A stretch of 64,000 nucleotides of DNA. It comes from Promethearchaeota archaeon. Its GTDB lineage: Archaea > Asgardarchaeota > Lokiarchaeia > Sigyniarchaeales > SOKP01. Position 1 is the first letter of the stretch. Each line of letters starts with the position of its first letter. The stretch covers positions 128,001 to 192,000 of the forward strand of contig JAHLWS010000078.1 in assembly GCA_019057795.1 (NCBI GenBank). The letters are read 5' to 3'. Below the pieces are notes generated by a model. The model was not told the DNA's origin. It saw nothing but the letters and a program-made list of their open reading frames with translations, and ran no database searches. This document shows, in pieces, positions 31,049-41,243 of the stretch. The position numbers were made by a program, and so were the translations under genes.

Positions 31049-33680
31049 CCAGTTTAAGTGGCATGGTAGAATCTCTGATCTTTTTCTGGAATTTGCGGGA
31101 CTCTTCTTCGATTTTTCATTGTTCTCTGATTCTTCTGGAAATGGGGGCTAAAACCCCGAAATTTTTCTTTTTACTCTTCATAATTTAAATAATATTTACC
31201 CTTCTTGAAAGAGAGTAAACCAGATTGTATTAGCGGGCTAACGGTGTCTAATAAGCTCGCATGTACAGAATTGTGCCCCTTATGTTCTTCACAAACCCAT
31301 AAGTTTTTTAATCGATTATCTAGGGTAACAAGGTTGATATGATGAACTTTATATTCTGATTTTAAGAATTTTCCATCAAGAAGGCTATTTTGAGAGATCC
31401 CCAATTCAAGATGTTTCGCTAAATAGTTTTCTATTACATAGCGATGTTCAAGCATTATATTTTGTCTACTGAGCTTTATTGCGAATGGGTTTTTGTAATC
31501 ATTTGGTATTTTTCTCCATATACGATCACCAGCGCTCTCGCTTCTCTTAATGGTGCGAATATTTCCCCATCGTTCATAATAAGTTGGAATTTTATGATGA
31601 TTCCATCTCCATTTATATGCTGTGGACTCTGAAATGCCGCATACTTTCGCGAGCCGTGGATCTGTCAAGTTATATTGTTTTTCTCTGACGATGGTTTCCA
31701 TCCAAAACTTATTTCTATAAAGTGGATTTTCTTTTGAGCAGTCCTTGTAGGGATCAACTGTCATACTAACTTGTCCATATTGATTAGAATTTTTCCACAC
31801 ATTCCAATCGTTAGGGACATGATCCCAATCGAGTGTTTTTATTTGGTGTTTTATTTCTTTTATACTCATATCACCTTTAAATTCAGCAGGCTTAATTATT
31901 TCCTTAATTTCTGAGAGATCTAGCGTTTTATAATCGAATTTGTAGTTTACATTGTATTTTCCCTCATTAAATTGGATTTGACTAAGTTTATATAAGCAAC
32001 TAAAGCAATCATTTAAGCTTCTCTGAGCACCACTATGTTCAGATTTAGTTTCATAAAGCCAAAGGTTTTCTAATCTATTGTCATTAGGAATGTGGTTGAT
32101 GTGATGAACTTCACATTCACTTTTTAAATATTTTCCATCGATAAGATATTTTTTGGATATGTCCGATTCAGGATTTTCTTTTAAATAATTTTCCATTACC
32201 ACATCATGTTCTTTTCGCCTTATTCTTCCTGATGAGTTTTGTGTTAATTCAGGATGACGGTAATCCTTTGGCATATATAATTCTACATATCCCTTATCAT
32301 TAATATACCGTCCTATTTCTGCTTTAGTTGGTATATCCAACTTTTTTCGCCAATTACCGATGGTTTTATGACTTAGGTTGTAAAGTTCGCCGATTTTTCG
32401 ATCACTTAAATCTAATCTATCATCATTATAAATACGATTAAGCCATTTTTCGCTTTTATATAAAGGATTTTTTTTAGAGCAGTCTTGTGTTGGATCAAGA
32501 TTAATAGGATTTCCAGTTCTTCGGTCGATGATGGTCCAATCGGGAAATTCTTCAACCCACTCTAAGTTTTTAATGTATTCTTTTATCCGTTCTTTCCCAT
32601 CAATTGCTTTCTCTTCGGTGATATTATCACTCAAATCTTGGGAAATATCACTATTCTCTAAATTATCATTTCTGAAGTTGTCATTTACATTATCAAATTC
32701 CTTATTGAAATTTTCATCATCAAGATTTACTTCAAAATCTTTTAACCAATCTAAATCATCAATCTCATTATTTTCAGAATTTTTATCATAATCTTTTAAC
32801 CAACTTAAGTCATCAAAATCTAAACTTTCTTCTTTACCACGGATTTCCACAATTTTATCATCTTTTAGGCTCTCTTCGAATTTATTGCCCATTTCATGAT
32901 TATTTGTTCCGTCTTCAATCCATTCTGCGAATTCTTTATGAATTCTATTTTGTTCCTCTAATGTATCTTCTAGATCTTCTAAAAAATCCTTATTTGTATC
33001 ATTTTCCTTGAATTCACTATCAACCTCTTTTGAATCATCTAAACCTTCATCAAATCCATCTTCAAACATCCTATTATCATCTATATCTTTGTTTTTATAA
33101 TCCTCTAATTCTTTAGCAGGAAATTTGTTGAGGATTGTCTGTAATTCTAATTTTTCCACCTCTGTTAAATTTTCAATCTGAGTCAGTTTAATGATTTTTG
33201 ATTTTTCACTTAATTCCATTTGGTCATTTTTATACAAATTATCTCTTAAATATTCATTAAAATTAAACATATTAGCATTATCTTCATTTAATATTACCTC
33301 TATTATCTCTTCTTTTTTAAACTCCATAGAATCTTCTTGGTGAATTCCTCTGGGAATATCAATTTTAGATTCTTGGTTAGGATCATTTTGATCAATTTCT
33401 TTGAGTTTTTCCTCAATTTTTTCATTTGGATTCCATTTTTCATTTAAACTGACTTCTATTTCCTGATTTGTTTCTAAATCATTATTATCATTCTTAATTT
33501 CATCCTTTTCTTTTTTAATTTCGCGAACACCATAATTATTCCAATCACTACCAAATTCGTTCAAAAGAGAGTCACATTTACCTTTTTTAGGTTCTTAATA
33601 CAAAATATTTTTAACATATTTAAAAAAAAAATTAGAAAGAATTAATTAAAATTATAAATCAGAATTTAGATCAGATTAAA
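30746..33680. mobile_element. Single-gene HNH cassette with replacement GTPase 3' half; boundaries approximate
   Basis: HNH ORF bracketed by two diverged copies of the GTPase C-terminal ~100 codons. Confidence 0.8.
31171..33564 (-). CDS. Free-standing HNH endonuclease: long acidic N-terminus plus (HTH-HNH)x2
   Basis: KEH...VHHINHIPNDNRLENLW and LEH...VHHINLVTLDNRLKNLW. Confidence 0.85.
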   Translation of the reverse strand: MNEFGSDWNNYGVREIKKEKDEIKNDNNDLETNQEIEVSLNEKWNPNEKIEEKLKEIDQNDPNQESKIDIPRGIHQEDSMEFKKEEIIEVILNEDNANMFNFNEYLRDNLYKNDQMELSEKSKIIKLTQIENLTEVEKLELQTILNKFPAKELEDYKNKDIDDNRMFEDGFDEGLDDSKEVDSEFKENDTNKDFLEDLEDTLEEQNRIHKEFAEWIEDGTNNHEMGNKFEESLKDDKIVEIRGKEESLDFDDLSWLKDYDKNSENNEIDDLDWLKDFEVNLDDENFNKEFDNVNDNFRNDNLENSDISQDLSDNITEEKAIDGKERIKEYIKNLEWVEEFPDWTIIDRRTGNPINLDPTQDCSKKNPLYKSEKWLNRIYNDDRLDLSDRKIGELYNLSHKTIGNWRKKLDIPTKAEIGRYINDKGYVELYMPKDYRHPELTQNSSGRIRRKEHDVVMENYLKENPESDISKKYLIDGKYLKSECEVHHINHIPNDNRLENLWLYETKSEHSGAQRSLNDCFSCLYKLSQIQFNEGKYNVNYKFDYKTLDLSEIKEIIKPAEFKGDMSIKEIKHQIKTLDWDHVPNDWNVWKNSNQYGQVSMTVDPYKDCSKENPLYRNKFWMETIVREKQYNLTDPRLAKVCGISESTAYKWRWNHHKIPTYYERWGNIRTIKRSESAGDRIWRKIPNDYKNPFAIKLSRQNIMLEHRYVIENYLAKHLELGISQNSLLDGKFLKSEYKVHHINLVTLDNRLKNLWVCEEHKGHNSVHASLLDTVSPLIQSGLLSFKKGKYYLNYEE

Positions 33681-33986
33681 ACTCAGATTATAGCTGTATT
33701 TTCTTTGGATCGTAAACTTGAAAGACAATTTGAATTTTTCAACGATGTCCGCTTTTTTCCTGATCATATACATGTGTGCATCAATAAGATTGATTTACTT
33801 GAGGGAGACAGAGATAAAGGTTTAGAAGATATTAAAAGCAAGATTACTAACTTCTTCAAACAAAGAAAAATAACGGTTTCTGACTATTTTATAACTTGCG
33901 GTGAAACTGTGTCCAATTTTGAAGAGGTTGAGGAATACAACAACCATGTTGCCGAGATGATTTTAGAGATAACAATACCTCGTTAA
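33681..33986 (+). pseudogene. Stranded original 3' half of the small GTPase
   Basis: TQIIAVFSLDRKLERQFEFFNDVRFFPD...NKID...FITCGE matches 30746-31048; no P-loop. Confidence 0.85.
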
Positions 33987-34010
33987 AGCAATAAATTTAT
34001 GATTTTTCTC

Positions 34011-34526
34011 TTATTCTTTTAACTTTAAGGCTAATTTTACAAACAATTTATGCATATTGAGAGTATAGCCTATTAAAGAAGTTAATTGCACACGGTCGCT
34101 ATTTTTATCAATTAAAAGATATCCTTTTTTTTCTAACGCTTTTAAATCTTCATTTATATCTTTCTTGCGTCTCAATTTACTAACCTCATGAATTGAAGAA
34201 ACACCCGAATTTTTAAGGCATAAGGTTAAGGTACATAATAACGTTGCTGCCAAACTCGGCTTTCCTTCAAATGGATTAGCTGAAATCAATTCCGAGATTT
34301 CAGGATCATAATTTAAAAACCAATGCGAATCTAATGGATTATACCTAATCTGAAAACCTAGTGGTTCAAGATAAGTTGATAGTCCAGTAATTAGGTTTTG
34401 GAAATAAATAGATTTGTTCTTATGATTCGCATTTAGTTGTTCTAAAATCTCTTCTTTAGTAGCTCCTATTTGATATAAACTTTTCTTTCTACTTAATAAA
34501 TGCATTAGGACTGAAATTTCATTCAT
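34011..34526 (-). CDS. KITE-family (Nse1/ScpB-like) tandem winged-helix protein
   Basis: LEPLGFQIRY...WFL pattern, size and position in the SMC operon. Confidence 0.55.
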   Translation of the reverse strand: MNEISVLMHLLSRKKSLYQIGATKEEILEQLNANHKNKSIYFQNLITGLSTYLEPLGFQIRYNPLDSHWFLNYDPEISELISANPFEGKPSLAATLLCTLTLCLKNSGVSSIHEVSKLRRKKDINEDLKALEKKGYLLIDKNSDRVQLTSLIGYTLNMHKLFVKLALKLKE

Positions 34527-34538
34527 TTTTTTTTAACC

Positions 34539-35189
34539 TCAAATATATAATGTATTAGTATTTTTTTCATATTTTATTTTGCCTAACTGGAGTAGGTGCA
34601 AAAGATATACAAAATATTCGTAGACTTTAATTTGATCTAGCTCATCATCAAAGACATCTTCAAAATAACATGGTAGTTTTTCTTTAATTTTATTAAAGAA
34701 TAACGTCATTTTTTCAGTAAATTTATATTTTGGAATTTCTAATAAAAATTGGTCGTCTATTTTTCCTTTTTTCAAATGCTTAATCTCTAATTCTATTATT
34801 CTTTCTTTACAATAACGCTCTGAAGCGTATTCCAAGAAATTTAGCGACATTCCATCCAAGTAAAAAACTTTCCTCCAACACCCTTTAAAAATTTCGTATA
34901 TCTCCTCGTCCTCAGGATGACCCTTCATAAATTCAAAGAACTTTTCATCAATATTTAAAGAACTGAGTAATTTCTTTAATTCCTCGAATTTTTCGTTGAG
35001 TAATTCGCACACATTTTTGTAGGTTAAGGAATAATTTTCGATGTTGAAAATACTAAGTGAATCTTTTAGTTCATGAAATAGAGGATTTAATTCTAATTCT
35101 AACAAGGAAGTTTTACCTGAAAGAATGTCATCCTTAATAATTTCGATCTTTTTATTTAATTCCTCTGATAAATCTATATTTTCTGTCAT
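34539..35189 (-). CDS. Kleisin-like (ScpA/Nse4-like) protein
   Basis: C-terminal FVYLLHLLQLGKIKY winged helix; overlaps the SMC stop. Confidence 0.6.
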   Translation of the reverse strand: MTENIDLSEELNKKIEIIKDDILSGKTSLLELELNPLFHELKDSLSIFNIENYSLTYKNVCELLNEKFEELKKLLSSLNIDEKFFEFMKGHPEDEEIYEIFKGCWRKVFYLDGMSLNFLEYASERYCKERIIELEIKHLKKGKIDDQFLLEIPKYKFTEKMTLFFNKIKEKLPCYFEDVFDDELDQIKVYEYFVYLLHLLQLGKIKYEKNTNTLYI

Positions 35190-38100
35190 TTGCTTTCTTT
35201 CACAATTTTAGGATTGAAAATTGTCGATACTTCGTTTTTGCCAACTCTGGCGACTCCAATTAACTTATCGGCAAGTAAATATAATGGATTTGAAGATTTT
35301 GGTAGAAATATTAACATTTGAATAGCATTCTGCTCAATCGTTGTTTTTATCATTTGATACGAAGCTTCAGAATTCTTTTCGTCTAAAAACATTCCTGCCT
35401 CGTCAAACATACATAATGGCGAGGGTTTTATCTCTTGAAGCGATAAAATTAAGCTAATAGAAATCATCGAAATTTGACCTCCACTTAAGGCGGTACAAGA
35501 TTTTAATTTATCCTTAGAGATGGCGGCTTTAATATCTATTCCCAATTCTTCAAAATTTCCTATTAAATCCAGAGTACAATATGCTTTAATGTTTGCGGAA
35601 ATAAATTTTTGATTAATTTTTAAATTTAAGTCTTTTAATACTAATTTAAATTTGTTGTAATATGTTTCTTCAAGTTTATTTTCAGTTTTAATCGCAGCTT
35701 TTATATCTCTTTCTATGTCTTTCTGATTTTTAGTGATTTCTTTTAACCCCGTTAAAATCTGTTCCTTTTCTACTAAAATCGAATCATCAACATCTAAATA
35801 ATTCAACAACTTTTTGTCGATAATTAGAATGTCCTGGTTAATTTCCTCTATTGAGCGAATAGACATTTTTTTTTCTGAAATTAAGGGACCTATTTCAGAA
35901 TTGATGCGTTCTAAATCGTTTTTCTTTGCTCCCAATTCAAGTTTTATAGAAGATAGCTTGAAATTTTCTTGCTCCAAGCTTAATTTTAGTTGAATATGCA
36001 TTTTATCGATTTCGCTCTTATCTTTATAAAATGCAATTTTTTGGTCTTGTAAACTTAAGATAATAGCGTCAACCTTGTTAATTTCATCATCAATAGCGTC
36101 TAATTTTCTATAAATTTCAAATGCTTTTTTATCTGAGTTTTTGAAATTTACTTTTTTTGAATCGAAATCTTTTTTTAATATTCTTAATTCGTTTTTATGG
36201 GGGTTTATCCTTACATCAATATCTTTTAACGTTCCTAGATTGCCATCTAATTTCGTATCCCATTTTTTTAAATCATTATTTAGATTGTTTAATTCGATAG
36301 GAATTTCCTTTATCCTTTCGTTCCATTTAAAAAATTCGGGTTCTTTTTGCGATTCTAACTCGTTTATTTTTTTTACTATATCTTCAATTTTCTCGTTTGT
36401 CTCTGTAATATTTTGTTCTAGTGAATAAACTAAATTATAAAACTGATTTTTTTTTGAAGTCAGTCTTTCTTTTTGTTTGAAATTGTATAAAAGGTCGTTA
36501 AACGATTCTTTTTTCCTGAAAATCTCGCCTTGCAACTTATCTATCTGAGATTGTTTTACTTTTAACTCTAAAATGTTATCGTTTAGCGATTCAATTTCTT
36601 TTTCCAAGAGGTTTGATTGTTCTTTTTGAGTTCCTGGACTTAATAACCCTTTAAGCCGTCTTATAAATGGACTTTCGTATGCGTATTTGTATGATATAAT
36701 TTGTTTTCCTTTTAAAGTCACACACTTACCTTTGAAATTATGTATTCTATAAAGATCTTTTGCAGAGAGGTAATCCCTGACAACAACACAATTTTTAATT
36801 TTTGAATAAATGACTTTTTGGACGTCTAAATCACCGCCAACAACTTTAATTAATTCCGCTAAATAGCCAATTACGCCCTGCGCCATAATCTTTGGTAATG
36901 GAGCAACTCTGACATCCTTAGGTATATATATGTTGCAATAAGCATTATATTTCTTTTTTAACTTCTCTACTAAATTTAGAGTATCCCAATCGTTCGCAAT
37001 AAAGCTATTAAGTAACCTTTCTCCCAAAACTGATTCAATAGCATAGCTTAACTCGTCGTCGTATTTTAAATATTCAATTATTGGTCCTTTAACTCTATCG
37101 TCTAGTTCTCTTTTCTTAATTTCCTCTTTAAGAATGTTAATATTAGCTGAAAGAACAATTTTACGTTCTCTTAACGCAGTTTGGAGTAACTTGAATTTTA
37201 TAATTTTTTTTGTTTTTTCATATTCTAACTGTTCCACTTCAGATATTAATTTAAATAAGCTTACGGTTACTTTCTTAAGGTCTTTATCGAGTTGGGTCAA
37301 CAAATCTTTTGTAGGGTTTTCTAAAAACCACCTATTCTTTTCTAGTTTGTAATCTATGTCACTCAAACTCTGAAAAATATCATTGATGTCTCTTTTAATA
37401 TTTTTAATATTGTTTTCATTGTCTTGGATTTTCCTGACATTATTTTCCTTTTCATAGGTTAACTGGTTATATTTTTCTAAAAAATCTTGATTCTCTTTAA
37501 TCTTTATCGTAATTTCATTTTGTTCTTTAATTAAATTATCAATTTTGCTTTTAATTGAAATTTTCTTCTTTTTAACTATGTCGATCTCACTTATTATGTT
37601 TTGCCTCTGCTTCTCTAGCTTATCTATTACTTTTTCATATTCAGAGATTTTTCCAGATAAGATGTCTAATTCTTGCTTTGCTTTTATTTTTTCATTTTGC
37701 CACGCATCTATTTTTTTAACTAATTCTTTTTTTCTGTAATTTAATTCTCCTACTTTTTTTGATGAACTAATAAGGTTGCTATCTATTTCAGAAATCTTTC
37801 TCTCTTTTTCTTTAATTAAATTTTGATACTTGTCAATTTCATTGGTAATTAAATTTATTTGATCTTGACTTTTTTTAACATTTAACTCGAGAACTTCAAT
37901 TTCTTTCTGAAGCATGCTCTTATTTGCCCATAATAGTTCATCGTTATACTTTTTTCTAATTTCGAGTAATTCCTTTTTCTCATCTAATCGTTCTAATTTT
38001 GGTATTAAGAAGTCGAGGTTTATATTTAAAGAGTTTTTCCGGGTAATTAAAGATTTAAACTCTGTGTTTAATGTAAATACGCTATTTTTTTGTTGTAAAA

Positions 38101-38686
38101 TCTCCTCTCGTAAACCTTTAAGCCCCATTCCCTCTTCTAAAAAGGAACAGAGTTCGATGGGTTTTAAGCTTTTAATAGTATCGATTTTGCCTTGACTTAC
38201 AAAGGCAAATTGATTATCTGGATTAATTTCTAACTTTGACACAAGTTTTTGAATTTCAATTGCGTGAACCTTTTTGAAATTCTTATCATTTTTTAACTGA
38301 ATCTCAAAAGATGGAGATTTTCCTCTTATTACTGTCCTTCTTATTTTAACTACTTCATTATGGTATTGAATATGAAGTTCCACCATAGCGTGATTTTGCC
38401 CATCTCTTATAAAATCAGACCATTTCTTATAACGCTCGTCTCTTTCGTTACTACCTAAAGCAAACTTAATTGCTTGAAAAATTGATGTCTTCCCGCTCCA
38501 ATTCGGACCGATTATTAAAATAAAGCGAGGTATATCTTGATTTTTCCGAATCAAGAAATCTACTTCGTCTCTTTGAAAAGATAAGAAATTCTCTAAAATA
38601 ACTTTACGGATAAAAACACTATTTTTTATCGCTTGACTTTTATCGTTTTCCTTAACTTTTTTTATAGAAGAAACAGCCGTTTTTTC
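35186..38686 (-). CDS. smc: SMC protein, SMC5/6-like (the frame extends upstream of the ORF track start at 38554; start uncertain)
   Basis: IRKVILENFLSF, GPNWSGKT, NQFAFVSQGKI, hinge GPII, LSGGQ, PLCMFDE; long coiled coils. Confidence 0.85.
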   Translation of the reverse strand, partial: EKTAVSSIKKVKENDKSQAIKNSVFIRKVILENFLSFQRDEVDFLIRKNQDIPRFILIIGPNWSGKTSIFQAIKFALGSNERDERYKKWSDFIRDGQNHAMVELHIQYHNEVVKIRRTVIRGKSPSFEIQLKNDKNFKKVHAIEIQKLVSKLEINPDNQFAFVSQGKIDTIKSLKPIELCSFLEEGMGLKGLREEILQQKNSVFTLNTEFKSLITRKNSLNINLDFLIPKLERLDEKKELLEIRKKYNDELLWANKSMLQKEIEVLELNVKKSQDQINLITNEIDKYQNLIKEKERKISEIDSNLISSSKKVGELNYRKKELVKKIDAWQNEKIKAKQELDILSGKISEYEKVIDKLEKQRQNIISEIDIVKKKKISIKSKIDNLIKEQNEITIKIKENQDFLEKYNQLTYEKENNVRKIQDNENNIKNIKRDINDIFQSLSDIDYKLEKNRWFLENPTKDLLTQLDKDLKKVTVSLFKLISEVEQLEYEKTKKIIKFKLLQTALRERKIVLSANINILKEEIKKRELDDRVKGPIIEYLKYDDELSYAIESVLGERLLNSFIANDWDTLNLVEKLKKKYNAYCNIYIPKDVRVAPLPKIMAQGVIGYLAELIKVVGGDLDVQKVIYSKIKNCVVVRDYLSAKDLYRIHNFKGKCVTLKGKQIISYKYAYESPFIRRLKGLLSPGTQKEQSNLLEKEIESLNDNILELKVKQSQIDKLQGEIFRKKESFNDLLYNFKQKERLTSKKNQFYNLVYSLEQNITETNEKIEDIVKKINELESQKEPEFFKWNERIKEIPIELNNLNNDLKKWDTKLDGNLGTLKDIDVRINPHKNELRILKKDFDSKKVNFKNSDKKAFEIYRKLDAIDDEINKVDAIILSLQDQKIAFYKDKSEIDKMHIQLKLSLEQENFKLSSIKLELGAKKNDLERINSEIGPLISEKKMSIRSIEEINQDILIIDKKLLNYLDVDDSILVEKEQILTGLKEITKNQKDIERDIKAAIKTENKLEETYYNKFKLVLKDLNLKINQKFISANIKAYCTLDLIGNFEELGIDIKAAISKDKLKSCTALSGGQISMISISLILSLQEIKPSPLCMFDEAGMFLDEKNSEASYQMIKTTIEQNAIQMLIFLPKSSNPLYLLADKLIGVARVGKNEVSTIFNPKIVKESK

Positions 38687-38697
38687 TCATCCCTTAT

Positions 38698-39987
38698 TTA
38701 TCTTTTTCCAAATGCTCGTTTTAAATTGTCAATACGCTTTTTAGCCTTTTCTAGATTAATTTGAGCCATATTGGGACTATCGTTTAAAACGAAAGAATAT
38801 TTAGCCAAAATCTTTCTATCATTGTCTTCTAACGGTTCTTGCTTATTCAACTTGTCTATTATAAGTAAAACCTCACCATAATTTTTAGAAGCGGCGCTTT
38901 CGTACAATTGACTTAACATAAAATCTGAAATTCTTTCTTCTTTTATCTGGGTTATAAAATTCTTTATATCATTAGTATTTATTATCTCATATCTTTCTTT
39001 CGTTGAAATTTTATTAATCAAATTTTGTTTGTCGTTAGTTCCTCCATATAGAACTTCCCTTTCAGTAATTGCTTCGGGAAGTGAGGGAAAGTATTCGCCA
39101 GATTCTATTAAATTAATTAATACATCTGTAATCTCGTTGCTTGATTCGTTTAACTCAGAATTAAGGAAGTGTTTAAATATACCCACTCTCAATAATCGAT
39201 TTAGATCTTTAACTTCCCAATTACTGGTGTATTCTACTAAGGTTTTAATATCAAAAACGATTTTTGGATTTTTTTCTGAAAAGTTTCTTAAAATAGTCTC
39301 CCTTTCGATTTTATCTAACAAAGGGATTTTTATGAACAAATCAAAGGCTTCAAAAATCAACCTTGAATTTACTTCGATTTCTTGAAATTTATTATTGATC
39401 CAAATTAAAATTAACCCCTCTTTTATTAATGACTTCTTTTCTTTAAAAGAAACTATAAAGAGTTCTAATAGATTTTTTTCTTTTAATAAAACCTCAGAAA
39501 AATTATGTTGATTAATCACTAACAATCTTTTTATTTTGTTTTCTTCTGTTTTATATTCATTTATCTGGGGTCTTTTACTATTTTCGATTTCTTTTTTTTT
39601 AATTATATCCTTATTCTTAACAATATTTTCTAGAATGGATATAAAGTTGCTGAAAAAATCTTCAGGGGACTTAACGATTTCCTCTTGCTTTAATTCAATA
39701 AAATCCAAATAATAGTTATTTGAAATTAATTTTAAATAATCAATAATATCAGTTCCAGAATTTATGTTAATTAGAAGGACGCCTTTTGGTTGTATAAATT
39801 TAGCATAACTCTGAACAATCGACTCCTCGTGGTTTGTCAACATTATTTTCAAATAATTAATAATGTCATTATATTTATCGCGATAGAAAATATCGTCTCG
39901 ATCAATTTCAAATTCATTTGGAGTAATTAATCGAACATATTTAGAGAATTTTAATTCGTCATCTGAACGTTCCATAGAGAATTTCAT
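38698..39987 (-). CDS. Degenerate AAA+ (CDC48/Vps4-like) protein lacking Walker A
   Basis: PKGVLL without GxxGxGKT; lid FDLFIKIPLLDKIERETIL...YTSNWEVKDL. Confidence 0.55.
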   Translation of the reverse strand: MKFSMERSDDELKFSKYVRLITPNEFEIDRDDIFYRDKYNDIINYLKIMLTNHEESIVQSYAKFIQPKGVLLININSGTDIIDYLKLISNNYYLDFIELKQEEIVKSPEDFFSNFISILENIVKNKDIIKKKEIENSKRPQINEYKTEENKIKRLLVINQHNFSEVLLKEKNLLELFIVSFKEKKSLIKEGLILIWINNKFQEIEVNSRLIFEAFDLFIKIPLLDKIERETILRNFSEKNPKIVFDIKTLVEYTSNWEVKDLNRLLRVGIFKHFLNSELNESSNEITDVLINLIESGEYFPSLPEAITEREVLYGGTNDKQNLINKISTKERYEIINTNDIKNFITQIKEERISDFMLSQLYESAASKNYGEVLLIIDKLNKQEPLEDNDRKILAKYSFVLNDSPNMAQINLEKAKKRIDNLKRAFGKR

Positions 39988-40220
39988 CTACTTGTTAAAT
40001 AATTTTTTTGAACATTATTTTCATGACAATTATCACATATATATTTAGCGATAGCTCATCGCCCGACAAAAATAGATACATTAAAATATACGAATTTATA
40101 ATACAAACTTCTTAGTTATTAAATTCACAAAGGAAATATATTAAAATCAAATAGAGTAAAGGAATTTACAATAATATTGATAATAAATAAAAGAATAGAA
40201 AATTTAATTTTTTAAGTGCT

Positions 40221-40475
40221 TTACTTCTTCCCTTCTATCCCATAAAAGCAAAAATACGCGCCTTCTAAATCGTATTGTGAAAATAAGTCACAACCGAAAC
40301 AGTTGCAACCATGATCTTCAACTTCTGACATTGGTTTTTTTGTTTTTCCCCGTGCGCAGAAAAGGGCGTGTGGCTCAAACTCATTTAACTTGTTCGGCTT
40401 AAATGACGGGCAAGGGCCACAGAAGCGTCTACAAACATTCATTGACTCTTCTGTATCCGGTACTGGTTTTGGCAT
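40221..40475 (-). CDS. Small Cys-rich protein (DUF2769-like)
   Basis: C..CPSF, LFCARGK, GCNCFGC, YFC. Confidence 0.7.
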   Translation of the reverse strand: MPKPVPDTEESMNVCRRFCGPCPSFKPNKLNEFEPHALFCARGKTKKPMSEVEDHGCNCFGCDLFSQYDLEGAYFCFYGIEGKK

Positions 40476-40674
40476 TTCTTCTAATTCACCTTATCGGTTA
40501 ATATTTTTTATTAGTTTTGTAATATTATTAATAAAGAGTTTAAACTATTATTTTATATTGATTGAATTAGAAGTAGCCAATTAAACTTTTAATTATTGTA
40601 TTTATAACTTATTAATTTTGGATAAGAATGCTCATAACCTTAGGCTTCCATTATACAAAACATAGGATGTTAAA

Positions 40675-41067
40675 TTAAATAACATGTAATGCTTGGTTTA
40701 AAATATCTAAATTTTTAACAAATTCTTCCTTAAATAGATGATAATACGTAAATTTTTGTTTTTTATATCCTTGTATTAATCCTGCTACTACAAGCTTTCT
40801 TAAATGATGAGATATTGTCGATTGGGACTTATCTAATATAGTTTCTAATTCGCATACACATCTATCTTGTTCTTTTAAAGCGTTAATAATGATCAACCTT
40901 TCTTTAGACGCTAAAGCCAATGTGAATTTCTCAATCGCATCAAATGTTTTATTTTCTTCTAATTCTTTCCCAAATTTTAGCAAATTATTAAAGAAACCAT
41001 TTGAGTTAGAGCATTCTTTACAAGCACATAGCATTATCTTAATTTCTGATTCGCGTTTTTCTTTCAT
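40675..41067 (-). CDS. arsR: ArsR/SmtB transcriptional regulator
   Basis: RCVCELE...SQSTISHHLRKL; divergent from acr3. Confidence 0.85.
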   Translation of the reverse strand: MKEKRESEIKIMLCACKECSNSNGFFNNLLKFGKELEENKTFDAIEKFTLALASKERLIIINALKEQDRCVCELETILDKSQSTISHHLRKLVVAGLIQGYKKQKFTYYHLFKEEFVKNLDILNQALHVI

Positions 41068-41120
41068 AAACTAAATTCCTTTTTATATTTTACAAAATAC
41101 TTTTATCTTATATATAAAAG

Positions 41121-41191
41121 TAAATCGATAAATATAAATCTATAACATTTTAAGGTTTCTTTACGCTCAAATCGACAACCTTAAATTTGAA
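41121..41191 (+). promoter_or_regulatory. arsR-acr3 intergenic promoter/operator (second copy at 45682-45752)
   Basis: TAAATCGATAAATATAAATCTATA...TCAAATCGACAACCTTAAAT conserved colinearly in both copies. Confidence 0.65.
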
Positions 41192-41243
41192 GTACAACTT
41201 TTATCAAATAATAATTATTCAATCTTAAAGGAATTAAGTAAAA

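Noticed and set aside
31060-31170. Structured ncRNA downstream of the GTPase (TCTCTGAT..TTCTGGAA twice; GGGG-CTAAAA-CCCC)
   Set aside because: Too short and weak; more simply a terminator region between convergent genes
33705-33986. Independent 93 aa gene
   Set aside because: Homology to the GTPase continues upstream of the TTG and there is no P-loop, so it is a fragment
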